Origin: Antechinus flavipes
Taxonomy: Eukaryota
DNA length: 64,000 bases
Direction: 5' to 3'
Assembly: GCF_016432865.1 (NCBI RefSeq)
Contig: NC_067400.1
Location: 562,154,001 to 562,218,000 of the forward strand
Shown here: positions 38,800 to 50,109 of the stretch, in pieces
Numbering within the stretch: the stretch's first letter is position 1
Layout: each line of letters opens with the position of its first letter
Notes under the pieces: generated by a model
What the model saw: the letters and a program-made list of their open reading frames with translations, nothing else
What the model was told of the DNA's origin: nothing
The model's database searches: none
Position numbers and translations under genes: made by a program

Positions 38800-40545
38800 C
38801 TGTTTCTGTTTGGCAAAGAGATGAAGAAAGGTCTGCTGGGTGAGATCCTTTGGTCTTCTTGTTGAGGCACCTGCTTTATCTCTCAGAAACTTCTCTAAGA
38901 AATGGTGATAATCGGCATCAGTGTTTGTACTTTAATCTCTGCCCCACTCCCATTTTTCCTCCCAGAGTCTACAACTTGTTTAAATTAGTCTTGTTGGAAT
39001 TGTTGTAATTGTATGCGGTGCCCTCTCCTCTTTATCCTTTCTTCTAATTTGATGTTGATTTTGACCTTTGCTCTAACCAGCTGAGTGCACACAGACAGCT
39101 GATGTTGGGATGATTCCAGTAACCAGCTGCTTCCTGTCTGTTAAGATATAGTCAATTCCATTGTGTGTGTGGATGTGAGATGCTGATCTATGCTTGCCAC
39201 ATCCATCACCTTCTGACTCTCTTCTTAAAGAAACATATTCATGATATAAAGGCATGAGGCTTTTGAATAATCTATATGTCCTTGTCTTCTCTTTTAAAAA
39301 GTTTTATTGATGTCTTTTGCTTTTACACCACAGTAATTTCTCAATATATCACCTCCCAATGCCACAACTGAACCCTCTATTATAACAAAAAGAAATGGTT
39401 CAGTAAATCCAAGGGATAAAATGGTCCTGTCTGATGGTGTATACAACATCCTGCTCCCCTAGCCCCCTGCTTCTTTTGGGAAAACATGATTGATCATCTA
39501 TTCTCCAGAGCCAAGAGTGGCAATTTACAATTAATCTGAGTTCAGTTAACTTGTACTGTGTTTTTTATTTACATCTTTACAGTTGTTATGTGTATTATTT
39601 TCCTGGTTTATTTTACTCTGTAACAGTTCATACAAATATTCCCAAATTCCTCATGCTTGTGGTTTCTTACAGTACAATAATATTCCATTACATTCATGTG
39701 CTTAGCTGTGTGACTTTAAACAAATCATTTCAGATTTCTAGACCTCATTATAAAATGTATAAATGTATAAAATGAGGCAGCTCCTTTCAGCTCCAGAACT
39801 ATAATCTAATGGTCCTATGACCACAACGTATTCAGCTATTCCCTAGTAATTAGACATCCACTCTAGGTTTTTTGCTACCACAAAAGTTGTACTGTATGGC
39901 ACCTCTCCTTATATCGTTGATACCTTAGTTAGTGATGGAATTTCTGGGTCCAAATGTATGAATAATTAAGTGACTTTTGTCATAAAAAGTGCTTTCCAGA
40001 CTGGGTGGACTGATTTACAGATTCATCAACTGAATATTAGTGCATTTTAGGCTTTGATTTCTACATTTTATAAGATTTTTTTTAGCATTTTTTGACCGTC
40101 GTCCCCTCTGGTGATTTACACATACAGAGCATACGTTGCCCTGGTTTGTCAGCTCTCATCCAGTTCATCACAGAATGTCTCTTCTTCTCTATCACTTGCC
40201 ACAAAGCTACAATGGGGCAGTCTCTTGTTCACAATGATTCTGAGCAAGATGTGTGAGGGTCTCAGGAAATGATGCTTTCTGTTGCCTTTGAGTGTACCAT
40301 GAGATCACCTCCACCAGGTCTTTGACTCACCTCCCACAGGAAAACCCAAAAGCAGTGCTTCCCTTCAGCTGCTCCTTTTCTATGTCTTTTGGATTCACTA
40401 GTAACAGAAATGGCAACGTGGATTTGGTCCAGTTCTTCCTCCTGGAGCATGTCTGCTTCTTGGCCATGGCACAAAGATCTCACCTTCAGACTGCCAAGTT
40501 AAGTTTAATGCTTATAGACAGGCGACGACGGCGTGATTTTTAGCA
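38800..40545 (-). mobile_element. RTE LINE 5' region (endonuclease), split by an L1 insertion
   Basis: Minus peptides EELDQIHVAISVTSESKR, EETFCDELDES-QTRATYAL and NGIDYILTDRKQLVT..PTSAVCVHS match RTE APE endonuclease motifs. Confidence 0.8.
39295..40060 (-). mobile_element. L1 3' UTR fragment containing a nested MIR (39700-39815)
   Basis: ccattacattcatgtg [MIR] accacaacgtattcagctattccc continuity. Confidence 0.75.
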
Positions 40546-40974
40546 CCCTCACACACACTATTTTACCACCATCCACTAGGGAATCACAAAGGGTAACACA
40601 CAACTCTCAGGCCCAGTTGATGTTTTTCATCTGTTTTGTGGATGCTGCAGACTGGAGGAAGGGTATGATGTGATAATACATCAATATTAGCTCAAATTTA
40701 AATAGCACTTTAAGGTTTATAAAGTGTGTTACACACATCATTTCATGCTGATAGATAGCTAAAATGATTGATGAATATTCATGAGTGTAACCCCTGACTC
40801 CAAAGGAGTTCTTCCCATATTTGTGCCTTGTTTGATTTCCTCCTAAGTGAATCAATAAGCATTTATTAAATACCTACTGTGTAGGCATAAACTTCTTGAC
40901 AATCTAACAGAGAAGACAACATGCAAACAGATCTGCAATAAAATATAGCTACGGTAGATGGAAGGCAAAGGGCA

Positions 40975-41155
40975 GCCAGGTGATCCATAGTACATAGAAC
41001 ATTGGGCCTGGAATCAGGAAATTCTCGGATCCTTACTAGTTATGGGACCCTGGGCAAACCTCTGTATGTCTTAATGCATTGGAGAAGGAAATAGCAAACC
41101 ACTTTAATGTCTTTGCCAAGAAAATCTCAGGACTGACTGAATGACTGGACAAAAA
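40975..41155 (+). mobile_element. MAR1-type SINE (deleted)
   Basis: ttgggcctggaatcagga...ggagaaggaaatagcaaaccactttaatgtctttgccaagaaa. Confidence 0.7.
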
Positions 41156-42266
41156 CAGAGATGGAAGATAAATCTCAAAGGGCTGGTCCATATATAAAGT
41201 ACTCTAGATCTCTTTGCCCATCTTGATCTAAAAATCCCTCAGCCCTCTAACATCTGTGGATCACTCAGAATCAATGGGCTGGTTTCTTGTTTTTTTTTTT
41301 TTTTTTTTTTTTTTTGGTAAAATGTAAGGATCTGTAAAATGGAGGATTAGATTTCCTGGCCTCTAAAATTCCTTATAGCTCTAAATCTTTGGTTCTAGAA
41401 GACCTTGGAGGAGGATCTTTGTGCAGCTGTTGTTATATTAATAGACTTTTAAATAATATTTTACATAGGATATTTTTATTATTAATAAAAAGGAAGTTGG
41501 GCTCATTTCCTTTCACCATGGTCTGTGTCCTTTGTGTAGAATTGGATCTCCAAGCTTACCCACCTCCCCTAGGCTCGTCCTGTCCTTGCTTTGCAGACAG
41601 TGACCTGGGAACCAGTGGTTCTCTCCTGTTGTGTTATACCAGAAAAATTGGGAATGGAGCAGTTACTAGAGGAGTACAATTGTGATCACTGAATTTCAGA
41701 GTTGGAAAAAACTTCAGTAATTACTCTGTGTGATCCATACCTGAAAAAGAATCCCCCTGGGACAGAGCCCCCAAAGTGCTCATCCAGCCTTTGCTTTGAG
41801 GCCTCCAGCCAGGCAGAACATCACCTCCCAAGGTGGTCCCTTTCACCTCGGACCTGCTCTATTTGCTGGGAAGGTTTCCCAATGCGCAGCTTAAATTTAC
41901 CTATTTACATTCCCCCTTCACCTCCCTCCTTGTTCTACCCTCCAGGGCCAAACAGAGCAAGCTTAATTCTCCTGTCCCCGGAGTCTTCTCTTCTCTGGGC
42001 TGACAATCTCTGACTCTTTCCCCCGATGCTCATTTGGTATGATCTCAAACCTTGTTGTCTCCTTCTGCATATTCTCTAGTTTATCAATGTCTTTCTTAAA
42101 CTGTGGTGTCCAGAGCCAGATACTATTCAGGATAGAGGCTTTTCCTTTTAAAAAAATACATACACACATGCCTACAGACGTGTGTATATATAGACACATA
42201 TATACATATGACACACATATACACACAATATACCCTGCCTCCCCCCGCCCCCCCTTCTCCTTCATA

Positions 42267-42514
42267 GCAGCCAAATGGCACAGTGGATAGAACTCCAGGA
42301 CGGGAGTCAGGTAGATTCATCTTCCTGAGTTCAAATCTGGCCTCAGACACTTCCTAACTCTGTAACTCAGCCAAGTCACATTATCCTGTTTGCCTCAGTT
42401 TTCCCATCTGCCAAATGAGTTGGAGAAGGAAGTGGCTGACCACTCCAGTATTTTTGCCAAGAAAATCCCAAATGGGATTGCAAACATTTGGACATGAATA
42501 AAATAACTGAACAA
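42267..42514 (+). mobile_element. MAR1-type SINE
   Basis: Full head, core and BovB-like tail. Confidence 0.85.
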
Positions 42515-42574
42515 TATATATTCATTCATTTATCTATCCATCAAACTGTCTATCCTCTCTCTCTCTCTTTCTCA

Positions 42575-43440
42575 ACATTAACTATGTGATTCTCTTACAG
42601 TCTCCTCTCCCCCCATGAAACAATTGGGAAAAAAAAACAAACTAAAATGAAAACCCTCACAATAAACACGCATAGTTCAGCAAAACAAATTCCCACATTG
42701 TCCATGTTCAAAAATGCACATCTCATTCTGAATTTCAAGTCCATCACCTTTCTGGCAGGAGATGGTGTAGGGCCATGATTTATCTTAGTCCTCTAGACTG
42801 GTTTATGATCACATTAGTCAGATTTATAAAGTCTTTCAAAGTTGTTTTTCTCCCTAATGTTGTTTTATTGTGCAAATTGTTCTATTTTTGCTTACTTCAC
42901 TCTTCATCAGGTAATAGAAGTCTTTTCAATGTCCTCTGAAACAATTCATTTTGTCATTTCATATGGGACAATAATACTTTCTTGTATTCGTAGATTGCAG
43001 TTTGGCCATTCCCCAATAGGTGGGCACACCTTTAATTTCCAGTTTTGGTTACTATGAAAAGAACTGCTAAAACTATTTTTAAAAATATGGATCTTTTTTC
43101 TGCTTTGATCTCTTTGAAGTATAATCCTAATAGTGATTGTGCTTAGCTCCAAATTGCTTTCTAGAATGACTGGATCAATTCAGAGCTCCACCGACCACGC
43201 ATTGGTATGCCTGTTTTCCTGAATTCCTTCCTACATTTGTCATTCTCCTCTCTCTCCCCCCCTTTTTTTTTGCCAATCCATTGGGTATAAGGTGCAACAT
43301 TAGAGTTGTTTTTAATTTGTATTTGTTTAATTTTTAGAGATTTGGAGCATTTTTTAATATAATTATTGATAGCTTGGACTTCCTCCTCTGAAAACTGCCT
43401 GCTCATATAATTTGACCATTTTTCTATTGGAAAATGGCTT
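42575..43440 (-). mobile_element. L1 ORF2 C-terminus and 3' UTR
   Basis: ORF 43161-43406: MSRQFSEEEVQAINNYIKKCSKSLKIKQIQIK matches the L1 ORF2 C-terminal region. Confidence 0.9.
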
Positions 43441-45383
43441 CTAAGATCTCCTTCTTTTAATACAACTTAAGATCATCTAGTTTCTTTGGTTGCTGTATCA
43501 CACTGTTAGTTCATACTGAACTTGTATCTCACTAAAGCCCCCATTAAAACCACTCAGTGCAGATCTGAGTGGGTGTAAAATTCACTTCCTATAGCTGTTT
43601 ACTGGAGCACTCATGGAGGGGTCCTTCAGCTCTGGATCAATATTGGCTCTGGTCTTGATCTCTTGATGGTCCAGGTCAGGGTGCTCTAACTCAAGCTCTT
43701 TTGTCCCCTCTCTCCTGCTCCCCCCTCCCCTGCTCTGATCTGGAGCTTCAGTGGTAGCTCCAGGAAAGATGGCTTTGAAATTAGAAAAGGGGTGAGGGAT
43801 TGTGGTGGTTCCCGATTGGGGATTCATTTTGGTGTCATTATTGCTGTTTTGTTTTTCTCAACCTCCCCTAAAAACCAAACCCCTCAACACTAGGTGCTGG
43901 GGGGAAGTCAATAGCAATGGATTACACAGCTGAGCCTGAGAAAAAAAATTGGAAGAGAGATAAAGATAATTAAAACTGATTCTCACTGTTTCTGGAGAAA
44001 TCAATTTCATAACTCTGCTTTGTTTCAGAAAATGTTTCTCTGCTTCGGCTCTCTGGTGCTTGGGGAATGAGGGGCTTAGAAGGGAGATGGGAGAATCAAA
44101 TAGTCTGTGCTGCTTCTTTTTCTTCCTCTCCTGTCCCCTCCCATGTAAATCAACTTTGACTCCTGGAGGTACCTCAGATTGTCAGCACTAAGGAAAGGTT
44201 AGATCTGACTTAAACTTTTAACTATCCCTTCTCTTTGTTCCAGACACCAAATGTGTCAAAATTTGAACTTAGACTTTCCTGATTAGAATTTATTCTTAAT
44301 CTACTATACCACACTGCCTAGGAGCATATATTTTTGGATATATTTTTGCTCTCTTTCCTTTACTACTGGGAGCTCTTTAGAAACCCTGGTCTAAGTGAGC
44401 CAAAAAATGGTGGCTGTCCCCATGGACAGTCATGGGCTGGTAGCCCTGAGAAATAGTGGTTGTGGTGTGTGTGTGTGTGTGTGTATAATGTTTGAAGTTA
44501 CAGGAGAAGGGAAGCTCAGTGCTTACAGCCAGGCTTTATGGATTCAGTCTGGGCCTCTGTCTAGCTTTCTCATGGGAGGCTGATTGCCCAGGTTTCCCTT
44601 GAGACCTCACAGGTAGGAAGGTCTGACACTTAAATCTGAGAAGAAACAGTTTTGTCTGGAGGCAAAGTCCCCCTGGTCCTCAGACATAAAAACCCTCAGA
44701 GAGCAAGCTGAGTTTTATGTCATTGTCCTGTCATCATTAGTCCTGTGGACTCAACAAGGCAGAGGGGTGTGTGTGTGTGTGTGTGTGTGTGCTAGGAATG
44801 AGTGGAGACACTCAAGGTAGGAGGAAGAGTTTCTGCTAGGTGCATAGCCTCTGGGAGTTTACAGACATGACCAGAACTAGGTTCAGTGAGCAGCCCATGA
44901 AGAGACTTGCTAATTAAACAACCTGGCCCTTTTAGGGTCCTTGCCAGATGTTACTGAGGCTAGGCGAGATGGGCATAATAATTCCCTCAAACTAAATTGT
45001 TAGGGGAGGGAAGATATTGACTAAGATTAAATAATTTCGAAGTGCTTTGTAAATCTTGGAGCACTATATAAATGTGATCCATTATTAATTACTGTAATTA
45101 ATCTAATGGACTGGGATATTGAATCATGGACTCAGTAGAGAGAAAGCACCTTAGAGACATTTCTACATGTGGTGACAGAGAACTTGAGTTCAAATCTCAG
45201 TTCTGATATGTGCCTGAATGACTTTGGCCAATTACCTAAATCTATTTGGGTCTAATTTCCCCTATGTATAAAATAAAGAGATTGGACCAGATGATTCCTT
45301 TCTGGCATCAAATCTGTGATCCTAAAGTGGAAGGGATCTTAGAAAAAATTTAGTTCAACCTCTTTCCCTTCTCTAATTCTCTC

Positions 45384-45520
45384 TCCTCATTTTCCTCCAC
45401 CTCCTTTTCTTTTCTTTCCCCTATTCCTCCTCCCCTTTCTCCTTTGTCCTCCTTCTCCTCTTCCTCTTCCCTTTTTCTTCCCCTCCTCCTCCTCCTCTTT
45501 CCTCTTCAGCTTCTTTCTTG
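45384..45520 (+). repeat. Pyrimidine-rich direct repeat, copy 1 (copy 2 at 46681-46812)
   Basis: 52 identical nt at 45384-45435 and 46681-46732; both end in ttcctcttcagc. Confidence 0.85.
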
Positions 45521-45849
45521 CCCTATTCACAAAGCTCTTTTCCAAAACTAATCAGAAATGGTCAAACATTCCATCTCTGTGTCTGTTGTAGAAACTTTAA
45601 ATTCACATATTATTTCTCCTATTAGAATGTTAGAATTCAAAGTTCTTGAAGAAAGGGGCTATTTCCACTTTTTATTTGCAGTCTCAGTATTTAGCACGGT
45701 ACTTAGCACAAATAAACCGATCAGTAAATGCTTGATCTAGCTTTGCTTGGGAATTTACAGTGATGGGGAACCCTCTTTCCTTCTCCAGCTCCCTTCTTCC
45801 CCTCCTTAAAGTCTTAAACATCAGGAGAGGTGGGTTCAAATCCAGACTC

Positions 45850-46430
45850 TGCCACGAACTTATAATATGATGCTAGGCAAGCCCCTTTCCCTCTCCGTGC
45901 CTCAGTTTCCTCATCTGTAAAACGCAGTGATTAAGTGGAAATTGTTAGGGGTGCGTGTGTCACTAAGATTCCGTCTAGTTCTTGAATTCTGTTTACGGAG
46001 GGCTAGCTCTGATGTGAGACAGAACTGACCCTTACCCTCCTTGAGCCCAGACCCAGCCACGAAACCCATCCGTAGGGTCGAGAATGGAACTAAAGGGGGT
46101 TTCCCTTTGATATCGGGAGGCAGTACCTCTTTTCCGCGGTAGATGGCGGTGTTGACGAACTTGAAAAAAGCCTGGAGCCACAGTCGGAGTCTGCTCAGGG
46201 GGAGGGGAAGAAAGGGGAGGGAAGGTGCGGGTTAATTTCCAGCCCGAGCCGTGCGGGGGCAAACAGGTCTCCAGGACCCTGGGCAGCTCTTCCCGTTGTG
46301 GGGGATGCTCCCTGGTCTGAAGCTTTCCTGCAGAGGAGGTGTGGGACTGGAAACAGAGTCCAGCTGCAGCACTAGAATCACTCTGGCCAATTCTAAGGCT
46401 TCTTTCCCTGAGCCTTGCACCTACCTCCCA
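45850..46430. promoter_or_regulatory. Weak CpG island / candidate promoter
   Basis: About 20 CpGs in 45850-46300, including CpGs retained in the adjacent MIR; G4-type run at 46198-46221. Confidence 0.5.
46036..46190 (-). CDS. Candidate 155-nt exon of an unidentified gene (LRLWLQAFFKFVNTAIYRGKEVLPPDIKGKPPLVPFSTLRMGFVAGSGLKE), or end of a first exon with ATG at 46069
   Basis: Minus strand: TTAAC branch-like site, polypyrimidine tract, CAG acceptor at 46193-46191, strong donor GAGG/GTAAGG at 46035; open frame with a run of C-ending codons. Confidence 0.4.
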
Positions 46431-46439
46431 TTCTTCCAG

Positions 46440-46830
46440 CTGACCCTTCCTCCTACGGCTTTGTTTTCTTCCTCTCCTCTTCTTTCTCTGTCCTTCTCTT
46501 CTCCTCTCTTTCTCCTTTCTCCCTTTTCTTCTCCCCAACTCTCCCTCGTTTTTTGTTCTTCTTTCTCTTCTCTCCTCCTCCCTCCCTTCCACCTTTGTTC
46601 TACTCCTTCCCTCCTCCTCCTTTTCCTCCTCTCCTTTCTTTCCCTCCCTCCTTTTTCTTCCCTTCTCTAGTTCCCTCTCCTCCTCATTTTCCTCCACCTC
46701 CTTTTCTTTTCTTTCCCCTATTCCTCCTCCCCCTTCTTTTGTCCTCCTCCTCCTCCTCCTCTTCTTCCCCTTTTCCTTTTCCTCCTCCTTCTTCCTCTTC
46801 AGCCTCTTTTCTCCTGAATCTCCTCCCTCT
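46440..46830 (+). repeat. CT-rich polypyrimidine tract (GA-rich upstream of the candidate minus-strand exon)
   Basis: Composition; contains direct repeat copy 2. Confidence 0.95.
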
Positions 46831-47852
46831 CTATTACACACTGTAGTGATCCTCAGTGGGGAGACCCCCAGAAATGAGTAAATTGGCGTCAATGCTCCTC
46901 AAACCCTCCCACAGGTGACCCAAGAGTTCCAGCTGCTGAACTTCAGCATTTTTGGATTTGGAGGGATTGTTTTTAATTTCTCTTCCAGGCCAATAAGAGG
47001 GATCTGGGGCCCATTGTCTACAGAGCTTGGTTGCTGAGATCCTTTGAGGAGGAACTTTTTGGCTTCTGTAGGAGAAATAATTGAAGGAGCATAGATTTAG
47101 AGGTCAAAGAAACCAGAGATTGGGTCATTTAAGCCAGCCCCTTCATTATAGAGATGAAATAGGATCAGAGATATTGAGAGACTTGTCTAAAGTGATATCG
47201 CCGGAAGAAGGATTTGAATTCACGTCCTCTGTCACCAAATTCAGACTTTTTGGTTCTGTACCAGACTGTCCATTAGATTATAGAACATAAAATGTTAGAA
47301 CTGAAAGGAAAAATCCAGTCCAGTCCAGCCCCCTTATTTAACAATGTGGGGAAATGATTTCAGAGAAGAGAAAGAGTTAACAAGAATTCTTGTTTACTGG
47401 CAGAGCTAGTCTTTCAACCCAGGAAACCTTCTTGCAATATCTAGGGCTCATTCCCTCGAGTTAGCTGAGCCTCTCTCAGCCCTCCACTGAACAATGAGAA
47501 AAAGGTGGTCTATCTGCCAGAAAAAGTCCCTTATTCCTCTTCCTGCCTTTTCACTTCCTCTCTTTTTCCAGCTCCTCTTCCCCCTACCAATTTTCTTTTC
47601 CCCTCCACTCCATTTCCCTTACTCTCTGTTTCCCTCTAATCTCTCTTCTCCACCCTTCTTCCTTTAGGAAGGGAAGCAGATGGTGCTGTCAGTGGCTCGT
47701 TAGGGTTACAGATGGGGAGCTGAGGCTGGGCAGGTGGGGGAGGTATCTATAGGGGGAGGGGCTCTAAGGAGATGCCTTCTATGTCTGTACACCCTAGAAA
47801 AATCCTAGGACTCAGTCCTGAATTTGGAGAACAAGGCATTTTAAGAAAGAAG

Positions 47853-48097
47853 GTTGCTGTTCAGTCATTTCAGATTTTCTGTGTGATCCCATTTAGGATT
47901 TTCTTGGTGAAAATACTGATGTTTTGCCATTTCCTTCTCCAGTTCATTTTTACAGATGAGGAAATTGAGGCAAATAGGGTGAAGTTATTTGTCCAGAGTC
48001 ACACAGCTGATAAGTGTCTGAAGCCATATTTGAACTTAGGAAGATGAGTCTTTCTGACTTCAGACCTGACATTCTCACTATTGGACCACCTAGCTTT
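47853..48097 (-). mobile_element. MAR1-type SINE
   Basis: ttttgccatttccttctccagttcatttttacagatgaggaaattgaggcaaa...tttgaacttaggaagatgagtc. Confidence 0.85.
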
Positions 48098-49023
48098 TCC
48101 CTAGCTGAAAGAGATTTTTCCCTAGTTCTAGTCTATAGAATAAGCTATAGACTCTTGTTTTCCTTGGCTTCCTTTCCACTGGCTCCTACTCTCCTTCTAA
48201 GGAGGGGCACAAATTTGTAGAACAGCAGCAATTTGATCCTTTGCTTGGAATATTCTTTCCTTCTCTGCATCTGGTTTCTATTTATTCTTTAAGGTTCACT
48301 TCAAATTGAACCTCCATCCGGTTGGAAATTATTTTTTGAGATAGTCAGCCTCAGTTTCTTCATCTGTAAAACATCAATACAATAATCCTCACCTTGCCTC
48401 CTTCAAGACTATTGTAAAGATTAAATGAAATTATGGACATAAAATCAATTTAGCTCTAAAATGTCCAGTAAATATGAATTAGTATTGTTTTAATCAAAAG
48501 TTGAATGCCCAGCCTTACCTCCTTCTGGCTAATTCAATCGTAGGGTCCCTGGATGCTAGGACTGGAGGGTAAGAGCGTAGGTTTCATTTGTTTACCCTTC
48601 TTGGCTCTGTGCCTTTCTCCCTCTGTATATCTTACCGTATCCTCTTCCCCCCTCCCCTTTCTTTTCCTTTCTTCTCTTTCTCTCCTTGGCTTCAAGTGCC
48701 TTTACAGGAAGCTATTCAAGGGGATGCTGTCTCTGGCTTCCCATTGCTCTATAGGATGTCAGAGCAGGATGGGATCATCTAGTCTTATATCTGGGGCACT
48801 GACCTGCTTTAGGTCCTACAAGAAATTAGTAGCAGAGCAGATGAAGACCCAGGTGTCCTGTCTTTTAGTCTAGAGATCATGCACCATGTTTCTTCCCTTC
48901 CTCTTCCTTCTCTTCCCACTCTCTCCCCTCTCTTCCTTTTTTTTTTTTTTTTCATCTCCCTCCTCCCTCTCCCATTTGAGAATAACTGGTTCTTTATGAT
49001 TTGTAATCAAAGGCTTCTGCATG

Positions 49024-49024
<1 letters not shown>

Positions 49025-49067
<43 letters not shown>
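49025..49067. repeat. (GT)n microsatellite
   Basis: About 20 GT units. Confidence 0.95.
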
Positions 49068-49070
<3 letters not shown>

Positions 49071-49926
49071 TAGGAACCTTCCTTTTCTGAGTACTGCTCT
49101 TCCTCTCCCTATTAGGGGGTATCAGGGCAACCAGAAGCTTTGCAATGAAAAAGCTTGGCTCCATCTGGCACAATGGAGTGTGCCCGTTCCCTTCCCTTCC
49201 TGAGCTGGGCATAAACAAAACACCGTCTCATTAAGTTGTCAAGAGTCAACTAGGAGCTTTGTCAAAAGCTAGCATTTAAAGTACTTCTGCCGGATCCTCG
49301 ATTAGCATTTAATAAAAAGCTGAGAGCTCCCTTCAGCCCCATTACACTGATGGGCTGGGTTGGGCAGGGTTGGGTTGGGTGGACAGGGAAGGAGGAGGCT
49401 CATCTGGCCAAGCTGTTCCCAGAAGGAAACTGGATCCTGAGATATATATATATATATTTTAATCATAGAGGGTCTGACCCTTAGATCGACATTTCGATGA
49501 CATCTGATTCTCTCCTCCCTCACCTAGCCCCTGTCTTTGAATATCTCTAAGTGAGCAGGTTACACATCTGGGGGTTAAGGAGCTCAGGACATAATTCAGC
49601 AGCAAGAAATGGATGTGGAGTTATAAGAGTAGAGTTCAAAATACATTTCTGCTATTTGTAGACTCCAGGTAGGTTACTTCACCTCCTTCACATGTAAAAT
49701 AAAGGAGTAGATTGATGATTTTTAGTGGTTCCTCCATTTCTAGAATATGATTTATGGCTCCCCCTGCTTTCTAGACCCACTGCTGCTTTCTTCCTCCTTG
49801 CTCCACCATATAGATCTCAAAGGATAGGATCTGGCCAGTTTTATGAGATACTGACTGTATCTCCATTCATTTATTCATTCCATCAAACATTTATTAAATA
49901 TCTACTGCATGCAAAATGCTATGCTA

Positions 49927-50077
49927 GGGAGCAGCTAGGTGGCGCAGTGGATAGAGCACCTGAAGTCAGAAGGACCTGAGTTCAAATTTGATCTCAGACA
50001 CTTAACACATGCTAGCTGTGTGATCCTGGGCAAGTCACTTAACCCCAGTTGCCTCAGCCCAAAAAAAAAAAAAAAAA
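49927..50077 (+). mobile_element. WSINE1-type SINE
   Basis: gggagcagctaggtggcgcagtggatagagc...poly(A); TSD gctatgctaggg / gctatactaggg. Confidence 0.92.
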
Positions 50078-50109
50078 GCTATACTAGGGGTTTGTATGTG
50101 TGCGTGTGT

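Larger units (their letters stand above)
41690..43545 (-). mobile_element. CR1/L3 3' region, interrupted by MAR1 and L1
   Basis: Minus peptide WTPQFKKDIDKLENMQKETTR..SPEKRRLRG; L3 resumes at ~43455 (ttggttgctgtatcacactgttagttcata). Confidence 0.75.

Noticed and set aside
43549-43571. Hairpin ccactcag-tgcagat-ctgagtgg
   Set aside because: An 8-bp stem is expected by chance in 64 kb and is too short for a pre-miRNA
46032-46892. Longest ORF (286 aa, minus strand)
   Set aside because: The first two thirds are the translation of a GA-rich simple repeat (R/K/E/G-rich); only the 3' part overlaps the candidate exon, in a different frame from the one I favour
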